From Octopus vulgaris (Eukaryota): 64,000 nt of DNA. Below the pieces are notes generated by a model. The model was not told the origin of the DNA. It saw only the letters and a program-made list of their open reading frames with translations, and did no database searches. Positions 15,949-29,238 of this stretch are shown here, piece after piece; positions within the stretch are counted from its first letter, which is position 1; every line of letters begins with the position of its first letter. The stretch spans positions 23,870,001-23,934,000 of the forward strand of contig OX597840.1 of the NCBI GenBank assembly GCA_951406725.2, in the 5' to 3' direction. Made by a program: the position numbers and the translations under genes.

Positions 15949-16329
15949 TATAAACATAACAATGAAATACAAATAAAAACATGAACAATGAAAACCTAAA
16001 TTGAAAGAGGCGATTAAATTTTTTTTCCTAACCTGCAGCCGTTTGTTGTACGAAGTATTCGAAATTCAGCCCTCCTTCCTCAGGGTTCCTTTTTCGAGGT
16101 AAAATCCAGCAGAAAGCACTACATGACGAGTATTCAGTTCGTGAAAGTTCAGTTTTTGAGTATCGATTTTTTTCTCAAGTTTTTCAAGAGGATTGCCACG
16201 TTTAAATAAGAAATGAAAATCGTTTAGTTAATCATGCAATTTTGGGAATATTCCATTTTTTTACTGATATATACTACAATAACAAAGAAATTATTTAAGA
16301 TTTTAGATTTATGCATAAGTATTCTTATG

Positions 16330-16605
16330 GTTCCAAAACGCATGGTTCTCAGTTCAGTCCCACTGTGTGGTAATTTGGCATGTGTCTTCTACTATAGCCT
16401 GAGACCAACCAAAGCCTTGTCAGTGGATTTTGTAGACAGAAACTGAAAGAAATCAATCGTATATATATGTATGTATGTAAGTCTGTGTATGTGTCTTTGT
16501 GTTTCTCCCTCATCACTGCTTCACAACTGGTCTTCGTTTATTTACATCCCCATAACATACTGGTTTCACAAGAAGAAACTGATAGAATAAGTACCAGGCT
16601 TATCA
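16330..16605 (+). mobile_element. Diverged tRNA-derived SINE (family A)
   Basis: B-box-like GTTCAGTCCC; homologous to the complete copies at 45440, 49316 and 61775. Confidence 0.7.
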
Positions 16606-16850
16606 AAATTTAAAAAAGCTCTACGCAGTGTCTCACATTTTTATTTGTCCACTCAGTTGTATCTATCAATTTATCTTTGTGTGTGTGTGTGTGTACATAC
16701 ATATATATATGTATGTATATATATATATATGTATATATATATAGAAATTCGGGGTGAGCACTTGATAATTGTAAGCACCTGTATATACCGTTTGGTGGTG
16801 TAGGTGGAGGAGTAAATTGATCAAAATAAAAAAACATGATGCCAAGGATT

Positions 16851-16873
16851 CAGCGGTACATATGTTTCGGGCC
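16851..16873 (-). ncRNA. 3' half of a putative minimal hammerhead ribozyme (5' half would lie in the gap)
   Basis: Minus strand reads GGCCC-GAAAC-ATAT-GT-A-CCGCTG with palindromic stem III (ACATATGT). Confidence 0.4.
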
Positions 16874-16931
16874 TTTATTAGACAGATTTATAACATTATG
16901 TCGTACGCGAATGAGAGGATTTGCATCCCCA

Positions 16932-17031
16932 NNNNNNNNNNNNNNNNNNNNNNNNNNNNNNNNNNNNNNNNNNNNNNNNNNNNNNNNNNNNNNNNNNNNN
17001 NNNNNNNNNNNNNNNNNNNNNNNNNNNNNNN
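16932..17031. other. Assembly gap (100 N)
   Basis: Run of N. Confidence 1.
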
Positions 17032-18476
<1,445 letters not shown>

Positions 18477-18512
18477 CACTGTGATAAATCTATTACTCTC
18501 TCTCTCTCTCTT

Positions 18513-19040
18513 ATACTTGTTTCAGTCATTTGACTGTGGCCATGCTGGAGCACGTCCTTTAGTCGAGCAAATCGACCCCAGGACTTATTCTATGTAAGCC
18601 CAGTACTTATTCTATCGGTCTCTTTTGCCGAAATGCTAAGTGACAGAGACATAAACACACCGGCATCGGTTGTCAAGCAATGCTAGGGGGACAAACACAG
18701 ACACACAAACACATACATACATATATACGACGAGCTTCGTTCAGTTTCCGTCTACCAAATCCACTCACAAGGCTTTGGACGGAAACTGAAAGAAGCCCGT
18801 CGTATATATGTATATATATATATATATGCGTGTGTGTGTTTGTGTGTCTGTGTTTGTCTCCCTAGCATTACTTGACAACCGATGCTGTTGTGTTTATGTC
18901 CCCGTCACTTAGCGGTTCGGCAAAAAGTGACCGATAGACTAAGTACTGGGCTTCCAAACAATAAGTCCCGGGGTCGATTTGCTCGACTAAAGGCAGTGCT
19001 CCAGCATGGCCACAGTCAAATGACTGAAACAAGTAAAAGA
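18513..19040. mobile_element. Inverted pair of SINE family A bodies (fold-back, ~240-260-bp arms, ~25-nt loop)
   Basis: 18513-18752 is the approximate reverse complement of 18778-19040. Paralogous copy at ~32928-33457. Confidence 0.9.
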
Positions 19041-19541
19041 GTAAAGAGTATATATAAATATATACTCACACACACAACAGTCTTTCATGCAGTTTCCATC
19101 CATCAAATCCACTCACAAGGCTTTGGTCAACCTAGGGCTATAGAAGATCTTTGCCCAGGTTGCTGCTCTGTGGGATTGAACTGCAAACCTCTTGGTTGCA
19201 AAGCGAGCTTCGTAATGGCACAGCCCTGCCTCCACCTATGTTGTTTTGGAACAATGAAATGAAGTCAGGTGAGGCAGAACCAACATCCACAGTCAATCAT
19301 GGAACGCAAAGAGGTGGTGATTACAATTTCTGCTTGAACAGTATCAGCATAGATTGCTATAAGAGTAGAGAAGATACAATAGAGAGAGAGAGAGAGAGGG
19401 GCAACTACAGAGACATTGAAAGCTACTGAAAGAATTATATCACAACTGATAAGGAACAGTTCGCCAACATGAGTAGCAGTTATATATATATATGGGTGTA
19501 CCTCCTCTGATATTCATATTTAATTTTGTTTGTACTTCATA

Positions 19542-19667
19542 ATCTCTGGAGAGGCCTTGGGATATTTTTGTAAGTGTCTCATTTATAACCACATATTAAC
19601 CTATCACACATAGCTAATATGAGCATAATGAGGACCCATATCTGCATGGCTGAAACAGCTGTAAGAT
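19542..19667 (+). ncRNA. Degenerate type-I hammerhead ribozyme motif (core CUGGAGA)
   Basis: ATCT-CTGGAGA-GGCC...GGCT-GAAAC-AGCT-GT-A-AGAT. Stem I ATCT/AGAT, long stem II, palindromic stem III. One core substitution. Confidence 0.55.
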
Positions 19668-19952
19668 GTAGTTTATATTTATATTTGTATTTATTTATAT
19701 TCACTTATACATACTGTACTTATTGTATCATATTACTCATTGATGTGCATTGTTTTGTTCTTTATTATTATGTTTGGCCTTTATGTTCATATGTAGTGGT
19801 TTAATAAATTATGTGATTGGGAATTATCTGGTAGTTTATCATTGATTAAGATGTGTTTCTCCATTTTCTTATTTTGTGTATATACATATATATATATATA
19901 TACTCTTTACTCTTTTACTTGTTTCAGCCATTTGACTGTGGCCATGCTGGAG

Positions 19953-20285
19953 CATCATCATCGTTTAACGTCTGCTTTCCATGCTAGCATGGGTTGGACG
20001 GTTCGACCGGCATCTGGTAAGCCATGGTGGCTGCACCAGGCTCCAGTCTGATCTGGCAGTGTTTCTACAGCTTGATGCCCTTCCTAACGCCAACCACTCC
20101 ATGAGTGTAGTGGGTGTCTTTTACGTGCCACCGGCACAGGGGCTAGAGCAGGCTGGCAAACGGCCACGATCGGTTGGTGCTTTTACATGTCACCGACACG
20201 GACGCCAGTCAGGCGATGCTAGTAACTGCCACGCTCGAATGGTGCTTTGTACGTGTCACCGGCATGGGTGTCTTAACTACAATTT
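19953..20285 (-). mobile_element. SINE family C (GGTTGGCGTTAGGAAGGGCATCCAGCTGTAGAAAC domain, (GAT)n tail) with internal ~63-bp repeats
   Basis: Same family at 34378-34900, 47385-47600, 59903-60550 and 62398-62582; plus-strand copies at ~22768-22925 and ~36872-37030. Confidence 0.7.
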
Positions 20286-21235
20286 GCGGAGTAAAATAAA
20301 GGCAAGGAATCGGGTGAATGCTTAATAGTATATTTATTGATCCTTTCGTAAAGAAAAAGGTATCTGTCTGTGAGCAACAGGAAAACTTCCATATAATGCC
20401 TGGCAGAGGATGAAAATGAAGTAGGAAGGCTGAGGAGTAAAGGCTGGAAGTTCTTGTTTGTTGAAGATGAGAAATGGTAAGTTGATTCACAACAAGAATA
20501 ATAATATAAAGCAATTTTTTTATTCTCAGACAGAAAAGGTAAACGTAATTACATAAGTAATCCACATTAAAATCCAAATTTTAAAAAAATAGATAAAATT
20601 CTTGGTTGTTTTGATTTCAGTATTTTATGGTCAATCATCTGACAATAAGAGTCTGTAGAATGTATTCTCCTTATGACCACGACCTTTGGCATCAGGCCAT
20701 GCAAGTGACCAAGACCTTTGGCATTATGCTGTGTTTGAGAAGACCCATCAAGCCAAGCGAAATTGTAGTTGTGGCAGATACTAGTGTCACACAACTGGTG
20801 CCAGTGCACATAAAAGCGCCCATTATACTCTGAGAGTGTTTGGTGTTAGGAAGAGCATCCAGCCATAGAAACCATGCCAAACTAGACTAGAGTCTGGTAC
20901 AGCTTGCCAGCCCTGGTCAAACCGTCCAACCCATGCCAGCATGGACAACAGACATTAAATGATGAGGATGATGATTGTGAAAAACAGAATAATGGATAAC
21001 AATCCTTGTTGAAACAGTATACAGTCACCAGAAGTCCATCTTTTTTGGAAAATGTGCAGCACCGTGGGCAAGTGTCTTCCATCATAGTCTGGGCTAACCA
21101 ATATTGTGTGAGTGAATTTGGTTGACAGAAACTGTATGGAAGCCATCATGCATATGTGTGCCTGTGTGTGTGTGTGTGTGCTTGTTCGCCCATTGTTTGA
21201 TAAACTGTGTTGGTTTGTTTAAGCACCTGTAACCT

Positions 21236-21909
21236 TTGAATATTTCAAGTTTGAAGTCTCTACTTAGATTTGATGACCAGATCTTATGCATGTCATTACA
21301 GGCTGACCAGGCCATACCCTTTCTAGTTAGAAAGTCTTTTTCAGATGATGATATGTATGACCCAAGATATTTGTAATCAGAAACCATATTTAAAGGTGCA
21401 CTGTTGAGAGTGTGGATGATGCAATCACTGTTGGACAGGCACTTGTTTATTTATTCAGTTTTGGTCTCATTGAGGTAAAGACCTACACAATTTGAGGCTT
21501 GTTCTACTATATGGCTCAGAAACCTGGACGTTATCAAAGAAGCTTGAGAGGCGGTTGGATGGAACCTACACTCGCCTCCTTATGAGAGCTCAAAATCTCT
21601 CGTGGAGGTGCCATCCAACTAAAATGCAAATATATGGGAAATTACCACCTGTGTCATCTCTTGTGAAAGGTAGGAGAGTGCAGTTTGCTGGACATTGTTG
21701 TAGAGCTGAAAAAGAAGTAATTTCTACTCTTCTCCTCTGGAAGCCATCTACTCGCAACACCAGAGGGCGCACACTCTCCTACCCTGATGTAATCTCCAGG
21801 GATACAGGCATCCAGCAACAGGACCTCCGTAATGCTATGATGGACCGTGAAGTCTGGCGCAACATGGTAAATTCCATTGTCTCGACCACGGTCGAACAAT
21901 GATGAAATG
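21236..21909 (+). mobile_element. 5'-truncated, 5'-inverted RTE-clade LINE with 11-bp TSD
   Basis: TSD ACCTGTAACCT at 21225-21235 and 21910-21920. Minus part 21236-21490 encodes ...YKYLGSYI...WSSNLSRDFKLEIFK; plus part encodes VLLYGSETWTL...RRVQFAGHC...DREVWR. Empty site at ~35856. Confidence 0.92.
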
Positions 21910-22149
21910 ACCTGTAACCTAGCAGTTTAACAAAAGAGACCAATAAAGTAATATTATTGGATTTCCATCTTCGCATTGGTTAGACTTTTGACAGGGGCTG
22001 GCAAGGCTGGAGAGCTGCACCAGACTCCAGTCAGCTATTCTAGCAGGGTTTCTACAGCTGGATGCTCTTCCTGATGCCAACCACTCTACCGAGTGCACTG
22101 GGTGTCTTTTACGTGCAATGAAATCGTTTTGTTGGAGTAAACCCTTTAA

Positions 22150-22368
22150 CCCTTTAGCATTCAGATTATTCTGTCAAATATAATATTTATTCATCATATT
22201 GTTTTAAGCGAATCATGTCATTATTTCGTAGCTTTAAGATTTTGATGATGTTATCACCTGTTTTTAGATTGACATTATAGGCTGATGTGAGATACCAAAT
22301 GTGGGCAGTTTTAACAGAAAACAGGTAGATTATTTGGGCCGGATATGGCCGGTTTAAACACTAAAGGG
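22150..22368. mobile_element. piggyBac-like MITE (TTAA TSD)
   Basis: TTAA|CCCTTTAG ... CTAAAGGG|TTAA. Paralogue at ~36088-36306. Confidence 0.8.
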
Positions 22369-22439
22369 TTAAGGCGGTGCTCCAGTATGACCGCAATTCA
22401 ATGATCGAATCAAGTAAGAACATAAAAGATATTGCACTG

Positions 22440-22781
<342 letters not shown>

Positions 22782-23070
22782 TTAGGAAGGGCATCCAGCT
22801 GTAGAAACACTGCCAGATCAGACTGGGCCTGGTGCAGCATTCTGGCTTCCCAGACCCCAGTTGAACCGTCCAACCCATGCTTGCGTGGAAAGAGGACGCT
22901 AAATGATCATGATGAGGATGATGATATAGCCCAGGCGTGAACAAATAAATTATTTGTTCACATCTGGGCTACAAAAGGTGTTTGTATATTTTTGGGGGTC
23001 GTAATCATTCATAACAGTCTGTAATTCCTGATGAGGAATTTCATTGAAGAGTTTTTCATCTCTACCTTTG

Positions 23071-23640
23071 GAATGTTCCTCGTGCCATTCAGTGACAACT
23101 TTAGCTGTGTGAATTGGTGCATTATCATCCTGAAAGCTTGCGTTTCCCTCCAGAATCAGTTCCGCAACCATAGGATGAATTTGATCAGATAAAATGCTTA
23201 AATAGTCTTGACTATTAATTCTGCCATGAAGGGGAACCATTGGGCTGGCAGATTTCCAAGATATAGCTCCCCAGATCATTACAGATCCTCCTCCCTGTTG
23301 AACAGTTGGAAGAAGGCAGTCTGGGTCAAATGCTTCTTTTGGCTCTCTTCACACGTATACTCGGCCGGTGGTCGGAAATAAGGTAAAGGATGACTCGTCC
23401 TAGAAAATAACATTCTTCCACTGCTCTTGGGATCATTTCTGTAGGTTTTTACTCCACTCTAAACGCTTTGCAACGTTTGTTTTTGAATGTAGTGGTTTTC
23501 TGATTGCAGCCCTCCCTTGAAATCTGGCTTTGTGCAGCTCCCAGCGAAAAGTTTTTGTGGAAACTTGGTTCTTGAGGCGGTCATTAAGCCCTGCAGTAGT
23601 TTTGGGGGCTGTACTTTTGTGATCCTTTCTGACAATTTGT
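23071..23640 (-). mobile_element. Tc1-like transposase relic (copy 1 of 3)
   Basis: MIWGAISW...GRINSQDYLSIL...FQDDNAPIHTAKVV. Copies at 37175-37745 and 47833-48402. Confidence 0.85.
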
Positions 23641-24496
23641 TGAATTAATTAATTGTCATTTAAACCCGAAGCTAAATAAAAATATTGAGGACTTTTGTTG
23701 AAGGAAGAGTTACTTCCCCTCGTCCATTAACCGTTCAGTCTTGCAAATTCCGTTTATTTCCAGCTATAGTTTCATACAAATCTTTATTCCTTGATCAATT
23801 CCACTTTATAACTGATAATTATTAAGAGACCGGAATCAGATACGAATGATTTCATATCTAATTTCATATCTAACGCACAACTCAGAAAAAAGGAAGGACT
23901 AAAAAAAATTACTTAAACAAAGTTACATAATTTCTGTCACTGTTTCGTTTTCCTTTTCACTGCCCATTCCAATTTTTTTATTTCCCACATTTTGCTATTA
24001 ACCATTTCTTAATATCCTCACCATTTCTATACAGACATTTTTATACATCGTGGATCCCCGTCGTTCGCCGATGAAGATTCAGGTGTAAGACCAACTGAAT
24101 CCCCTGCTCCGGAATTCCCGTGAGTCGCCGAGGATTCCGCTGGAATCATACAAGAACCTCTGCGACCCGAAGCTGACCTCTTTGGAATTCCTGGGTTCAG
24201 CACTTTCCCCTCTGTCCGATTTCATTCAGGTCAACTGGACACTGCAGAAAGTGTTATTTGCCCAAAGTGTCTCGCAGTAGGACAGAACGAGGGACCTCGT
24301 GGTTGTTAAGGGATCTTCTTGACCATTCGGCCGTACTCTGCCTACACACACACACACACACACACACGAAGCACCTGCTGAAGATGACGTGCAACTTCCA
24401 AAGAAAGTTTTAACACTGGAAAACTTCAAGGTGCGTACGTCAAAGTTTATTTCTTTAGCATATCTGTGCCTGTCTATCTCTGTCTGTCTATCTATC

Positions 24497-24743
24497 GGTA
24501 CTACTTGAGAAGAGTGATCCCGGTGCGCGCACTCGCGTACTCGTGCATCCGCGCTAGCTAGTCATGACTAGTCGATCCTTACTTTGTGTTTTTGTGTTTT
24601 TTTTATTTTAACAAAAATTATTTACTTTGTGTAAAAAAAATTATTTTGTGTAGTATTTACTTTGCTAGCTAGTCGTAGGATCGACTAGTCACGACTAGCT
24701 AGCGTGAGTGCGCGCACCGCGACCACTGTTCTCAAGTAGTACC
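24497..24743. mobile_element. Palindromic MITE
   Basis: GGTACTACTTGAGAA...TTCTCAAGTAGTACC termini, with internal inverted GCTAGCTAGTC...GACTAGTCGATCC blocks. Only the left half survives at 38586-38690. Confidence 0.8.
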
Positions 24744-24997
24744 CTATCTATCTATTTGTCTATCTATCTGTCTGAAAAGGAAGTTGTTCCGCTTGAACGC
24801 ACACAGAAACCTGCCAGTCTGGCCTTAGAAGATACAAAGAAGTAAAGACAACCCTTACTGCTATAAACATGGCCACCACCACCAACATGAACACTCAAAG
24901 CAATTTTGCTGAAGCTTTAAAGCTGAAGAAAAGAATCGTCCTTTTCGAAGGAAGAACTGCTTCTATCTGTCTATCCATCTATCTGTCTGTCTGTCTT

Positions 24998-25030
<33 letters not shown>

Positions 25031-25204
25031 ATCTATCTATCTATCTTATCTGTCTCTCTATTTATCTATCTGCCTACCTACCGACCTATCTATCTACCTG
25101 TTTATCTATCTATCTCTCTTTACTCTTTTACTTGTTTCAGTCATGTGACTGTGGCCATGCTAGAGCACCGCCTTTAGTCGATCAAATCGACCCAAGGACT
25201 TATT

Positions 25205-25535
25205 CTTTAAACTTCGTATACTGGTAGAATGTATTTATAAAACATCTTTTTCTCTTGGATTTCTTGAGAAAATTCTGTAGCTTGTAAGCTATTTGTTGTT
25301 TAATTTCTTGCATTTCGGCAATTTCAACCAATCAATGACGTCTATTGAGGTGAATACAATATCTGCCGTAGTTTATCAACAGCAATAATTGTAGCTTACA
25401 AACTACAGAATTTTCTCAAGAAACCCAAGAGAAAAAAGATGATTTATGTAACAAATTCTACCATTACACGAAGTTTAAAAGTGTTTAGTCACCTAGAAAT
25501 TATGTTAAAAACTGCTGTTCAAACCGAAAAGATAG
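25205..25535. mobile_element. Long-TIR fold-back MITE (partial)
   Basis: AAACTTCGTATACTGGTAGAAT...CTTGAGAAAATTCTGTAG pairs with CTACAGAATTTTCTCAAG...ATTCTACCATTACACGAAGTTT. Copies at ~39467-39795 and 59411-59702. Confidence 0.75.
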
Positions 25536-25852
25536 GAGGGAACAGACAAGGACAGACAAAGGGATTAAGTTGATTACATCGACCCCAGTGCGTAACTGGT
25601 ACTTAAGTTTAAAAGTGTTTAGCTACAGAGAAATTATTTTAAAAAATCTGCCAGTCAAAACGAAAAGATCCAGGGAATCGAACTCACTAACTCGCGATTG
25701 ATAGCCCGATGCGCTAACCACCGAGCCATGCGCCTTCCGCTTAGACAGTAACCATGGTGATAGTCAACAACAATATTACGTTTCCCCTTCCTTCTTAGTT
25801 TCGCTTTTGTGTCAGCAGCACTCTTTGTGGTTTCATATATTAAAGAGTCTAA

Positions 25853-25959
25853 GTCACATGACGCACCTTACTTCCGGCTTGTCACGTTTCCTCGATTCTT
25901 TGGAGACGAAATCGAAAGTAAATAAATATTTATTTATTTATTAAGCATCAGGGGTAAGT
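25853..25959 (+). promoter_or_regulatory. Putative promoter and non-coding first exon of ZNF2; splice donor at 25954
   Basis: GTCACATGAC (E-box/CLEAR-like) at 25853, ACTTCCGG (ETS) at 25870, GGG|GTAAGT donor. Matching acceptor TTCTTTTTTATTTCAG| at 29786. Conserved in the paralogue. Confidence 0.6.
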
Positions 25960-26307
25960 TATTATATATATATGTATATATATTGGAGAGGAATACGATC
26001 TGATTAAAGATGTTGTATAGCAAATACTGCGATTTATAGAAATGCCGTAGTTTGTTGTGTATTGATGTAGGCTGGGCAGGAATGGAGTGGCGGTCAATCG
26101 GAATAGCGGATAACGTTATCAGCCGGTTATTGTTATCAAAATTAATTGGTTCAGACTTTATATTTGTTTAACGTCATCTGTTAGGTGTTGGCCAATGCTG
26201 TACGGAAATGATCACAATAAGCGGCTTCCACTATATATATGATTCTTGTGAAATACCTTTGTAATCGCCAACTTTTGTGTGTGTGTATGTGCATATATAT
26301 GTATATA

Positions 26308-26784
26308 CAGCACTTGGCATCTTTATTTAGGAGCCTTTAATTGTATAACCACATGAATAATATTTTTCTATATGAATAATATTTTCGTCTTATGACTAAT
26401 TCGTCTTTTGTGCTGGGCACCTGGTAGTAAATAATATTACTACCCTTCTTGTTTATATTCGCATACTACATGATGAATTTATTCGTAAAATTCTTCCCGG
26501 CATCCCCGTGTAAATTTTGCGTCTGCGCAGAGATTTTAAAAGTTAAGATCTGCTAGTAGTCGGGTTTAACATATAGCCCCACATCGCTGCGGACCTCGAT
26601 TAAATTCAGGCGACTCGCTGATGAAGCCAGCCTTAGCAAACATATTCTGTGTTTTGCTAGAAAGAAGCAGAAACCGCGGTACGAGTTGTTAAAATTATCG
26701 GTAAACGTTTTTGATTTTCACTCTCGATAAATTCATCCCCTTTTTGTGTTCCCAGCACTTGGCATCTTTATTTAGGAGCCTTTA

Positions 26785-26792
<8 letters not shown>
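26308..26792 (+). mobile_element. 445-bp retrozyme/Penelope-pLTR-like insertion with 40-bp terminal redundancy
   Basis: CAGCACTTGGCATCTTTATTTAGGAGCCTTTAATTGTATA at 26308 and 26753. Contains a hammerhead. Absent from the paralogous (TA)n site at ~40570. Confidence 0.75.
26611..26688 (+). ncRNA. Type-I hammerhead ribozyme, predicted cleavage after GUA (26681)
   Basis: CGACTCG-CTGATGA-[stem II with TAGCAAA/TTTGCTA]-GAAAC-CGCG-GT-A-CGAGTTG. 7-bp stem I, intact core, palindromic stem III ACCGCGGT. Confidence 0.75.
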
Positions 26793-26825
<33 letters not shown>

Positions 26826-27310
26826 GTTTTTACGAATGCACATATATTTATATAGACGTTTTAACTTAGTATTTTTCCATTTTTTGTGGGGGGGGGGCAT
26901 ATATATATTCATTTTTTGTATATGCGTGTGTATGTATGCGTATATAAACATGTGCGGGTATGTACATATATGGGCGTGTGTGTGTGTATGAGTGCATAGG
27001 GGCATGTCCGTATATGAACGTGGTTTTTATGCTTTGTATACTTCCTTATGTTTTTTTTCTGTTACCTTTAACCATGGTTTTTCTTGTGTTTGTGCGTATA
27101 TAGACGTATGTATGAACTTTTACGGTACGCATGTGTGTGTGTATGAGGTTGTATATATATGCGTATATATTTGGCGAAAAATGCGAGTGAAGATGTGTAT
27201 GTTTCCATAGTGACGTATAAGTACGCACGTGGGTTTTCGCGCGCAGAATTATAATACAGTAATTTCCCTTTATATAACGGTATTTTTTCATAGCGTTTTT
27301 TCAGATGGCC

Positions 27311-27373
27311 AGATAACCGAAGAGATGGTGTTGTGGATTTCCACTTCGGCATCTGAAACTCAGAGTTTTATCT
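27311..27373 (+). ncRNA. Type-I hammerhead-like motif (core CCGAAGA)
   Basis: AGATAA-CCGAAGA-GATG..GTGGA tt TCCAC..CATC-T-GAAAC-TCAGA-GT-T-TTATCT. 6-bp stem I. The paralogue at 41111-41160 lost the 3' part through an 18-bp deletion. Confidence 0.55.
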
Positions 27374-27879
27374 TGACTATTGAGTAAATGTAACATATTA
27401 TTTTATAGATAAATTTCCTCTATTTACATAATATTGAGGTCTCTTTCTTTCATTTGTTATCTTACCGTTTTACCGATATATATATATATATGTATATATA
27501 TATAGGTCCCGGGTTGAGTCGGGGTTAACCACAGTAAATAAGAGAGTAATTAGTAATAAAGTAAACATACACTCATACATACATACATACATACATACAT
27601 ACATACATACATACATACACACACACATACATACATACACACATACATACATACACACACATACATACATATACATACATACACACACACACACATACAC
27701 ACACACACAGTATTGAAGCTTGAGAACAATCAGATACATTTGCAACACATCTGTTGAAAATATTATTGTTCACACACATACATATACATATATACATACA
27801 GACAGATAGACACACACACACACACATGATCCAGCATGGCCACAACCTCAAGGCTGAAACATATAAAAGAATAACAGAA

Positions 27880-28245
27880 TATAAATGTGTGCAAAGTACA
27901 AGAAATATTAATGCAGTATATGGGGATTGGACAATAAGCGTAAGGCAGTGTCAATGGTGGTTCCAGAAATCCCGAGCCATAAACTACAGCCTAGAAGACG
28001 AGCCTCATCCTGAAAGATCTGTAGAACTCGACAAGGACATCCTGAAAACCCTGGTGGAACAAAATATCATCGTAACTGTTGAGGAACTAGCAGAGAAGCT
28101 TGGATTTGGTCATTCAACCATTCATTGACACCTGTGTGCTATCGGAAAAGTCAGCAAATTGGGTCAATGGGTTCCTCACGAACTTTCCGAGTCTAATTGC
28201 ATGCAGAGAGTGAATGTATGCTTTTCTTTGCTGTCATATCTCACC
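27880..28245 (+). mobile_element. Mariner transposase relic
   Basis: WFQK...SLEDEPH...VEELAEKLG...GKVSKLGQWVPHEL, with a stop at 28126-28128. Confidence 0.85.
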
Positions 28246-28263
28246 ACTACTGTGCTATGTATA

Positions 28264-28900
28264 TCTATATATATAAAACTGTAGTTGTGTGAGTGTCTGT
28301 CCCCTTCGATTTAGATTCCTAACTACTCCCACATTTTGCGGTACAGTTTAACCAAATTCGGGTAGCTTATAGTCGTGATTCATATCGAGCCCGTCTGAAT
28401 ATTAGCGCGCGTCTACGATGAGTCTACGATTTTAAAAATAATTTAACATCATTTTTTATTCCATTTTAATGCATAATTTTTCGTGTGTCGATGGTGGCGG
28501 AGTTGGCGTCTGCGCTCACACCTGCACCTGTGGGGAAGGGAGTGTAAGGAAATCAACGTCGTAATGCGTTGTCAAGGAGACCAGTGTTCTTTTAGAACAA
28601 CGACTTCATGGCTTGAAGACACCAAAACAGAAATGGCTAAGAAAGCGTCTACATGAGTGTACGATTTAAAAAAAAATTTACCATCATTTTTTTTCCATTT
28701 TAATGCATTTTTTCGCTATTATATAAGGGAAGTAACTCTCTAAAAATGTCTACGATGAGTCAACGATTTAAAAAAAAATTTACCATCATATTTTTTCCAT
28801 TTTTAATGCATTTTTTGCTATTTTTTTGCTATAACTCTCTAAAAATGCTTATATAGTTATTTCCCTTACAAACCCGAGCAACGCCGGGCGATACTGCTAG
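28264..28900 (+). mobile_element. Complete non-autonomous Helitron (637 bp) with three internal related repeats
   Basis: A|TCTATATATATAAAA ... ACCCGAGCAACGCCGGG hairpin ... CTAG|T. Internal GTCTACGATGAGT..CGATTTAAAA..CCATTTTAATGCAT at ~28410, ~28647 and ~28748. Confidence 0.9.
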
Positions 28901-28911
28901 TATATATATAA

Positions 28912-29125
28912 AGGTGGCGAGCTGGCAGCAACATTAGCACGACGGGCGAAATGCATGTGTCTTTACGTTATGAGTTCAAATTCCACTGAGGTCGACTTTG
29001 CCTTTCATCTTTCAGGGTCGATAAATTAAGTACCAGTTATGCACTGGGTTCGATGTAATCGACTTAATTCCCTATGTCTGTCCTTGTTTGTCCCCTTTTT
29101 GTATATCCCCTTGTGGGCAATAAAT
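28912..29125 (+). mobile_element. tRNA-derived SINE family B (GCCTTTCATCCTTTCGGGGTCGAT, Nin-like domain)
   Basis: Head GGTGGCGAGCTGGCAG..GAGTTCAAATTCC. Copies at 30090-30285(-), 41484-41695(+), 42820-43200(-, dimer), 50155-50395(-) and 63350-63945(-, trimer). Confidence 0.75.
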
Positions 29126-29238
29126 ATATATATATATATCATCATCATCATCATCATCAACCGTTTCAATGTAAACATTAGTCCTTGCTCTTTTTAACAC
29201 AATAACTTCTGGTATTTCATATAAAACAGATGTAAGTG

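Noticed and set aside
16817-17031. N-terminus of the 332-aa ZNF ORF
   Set aside because: Reads through an N gap of arbitrary size and is unrelated to the N-termini of ZNF2 and ZNF3.
18680-20880. Short ORFs conserved between duplication units
   Set aside because: SINE-derived; identity reflects recent duplication, not coding constraint.
24066-24105. Hammerhead-like CCGATGA followed by a GATTCAG/CTGAATC stem (also at ~38170 and ~48814)
   Set aside because: No GAAA or stem III follows.
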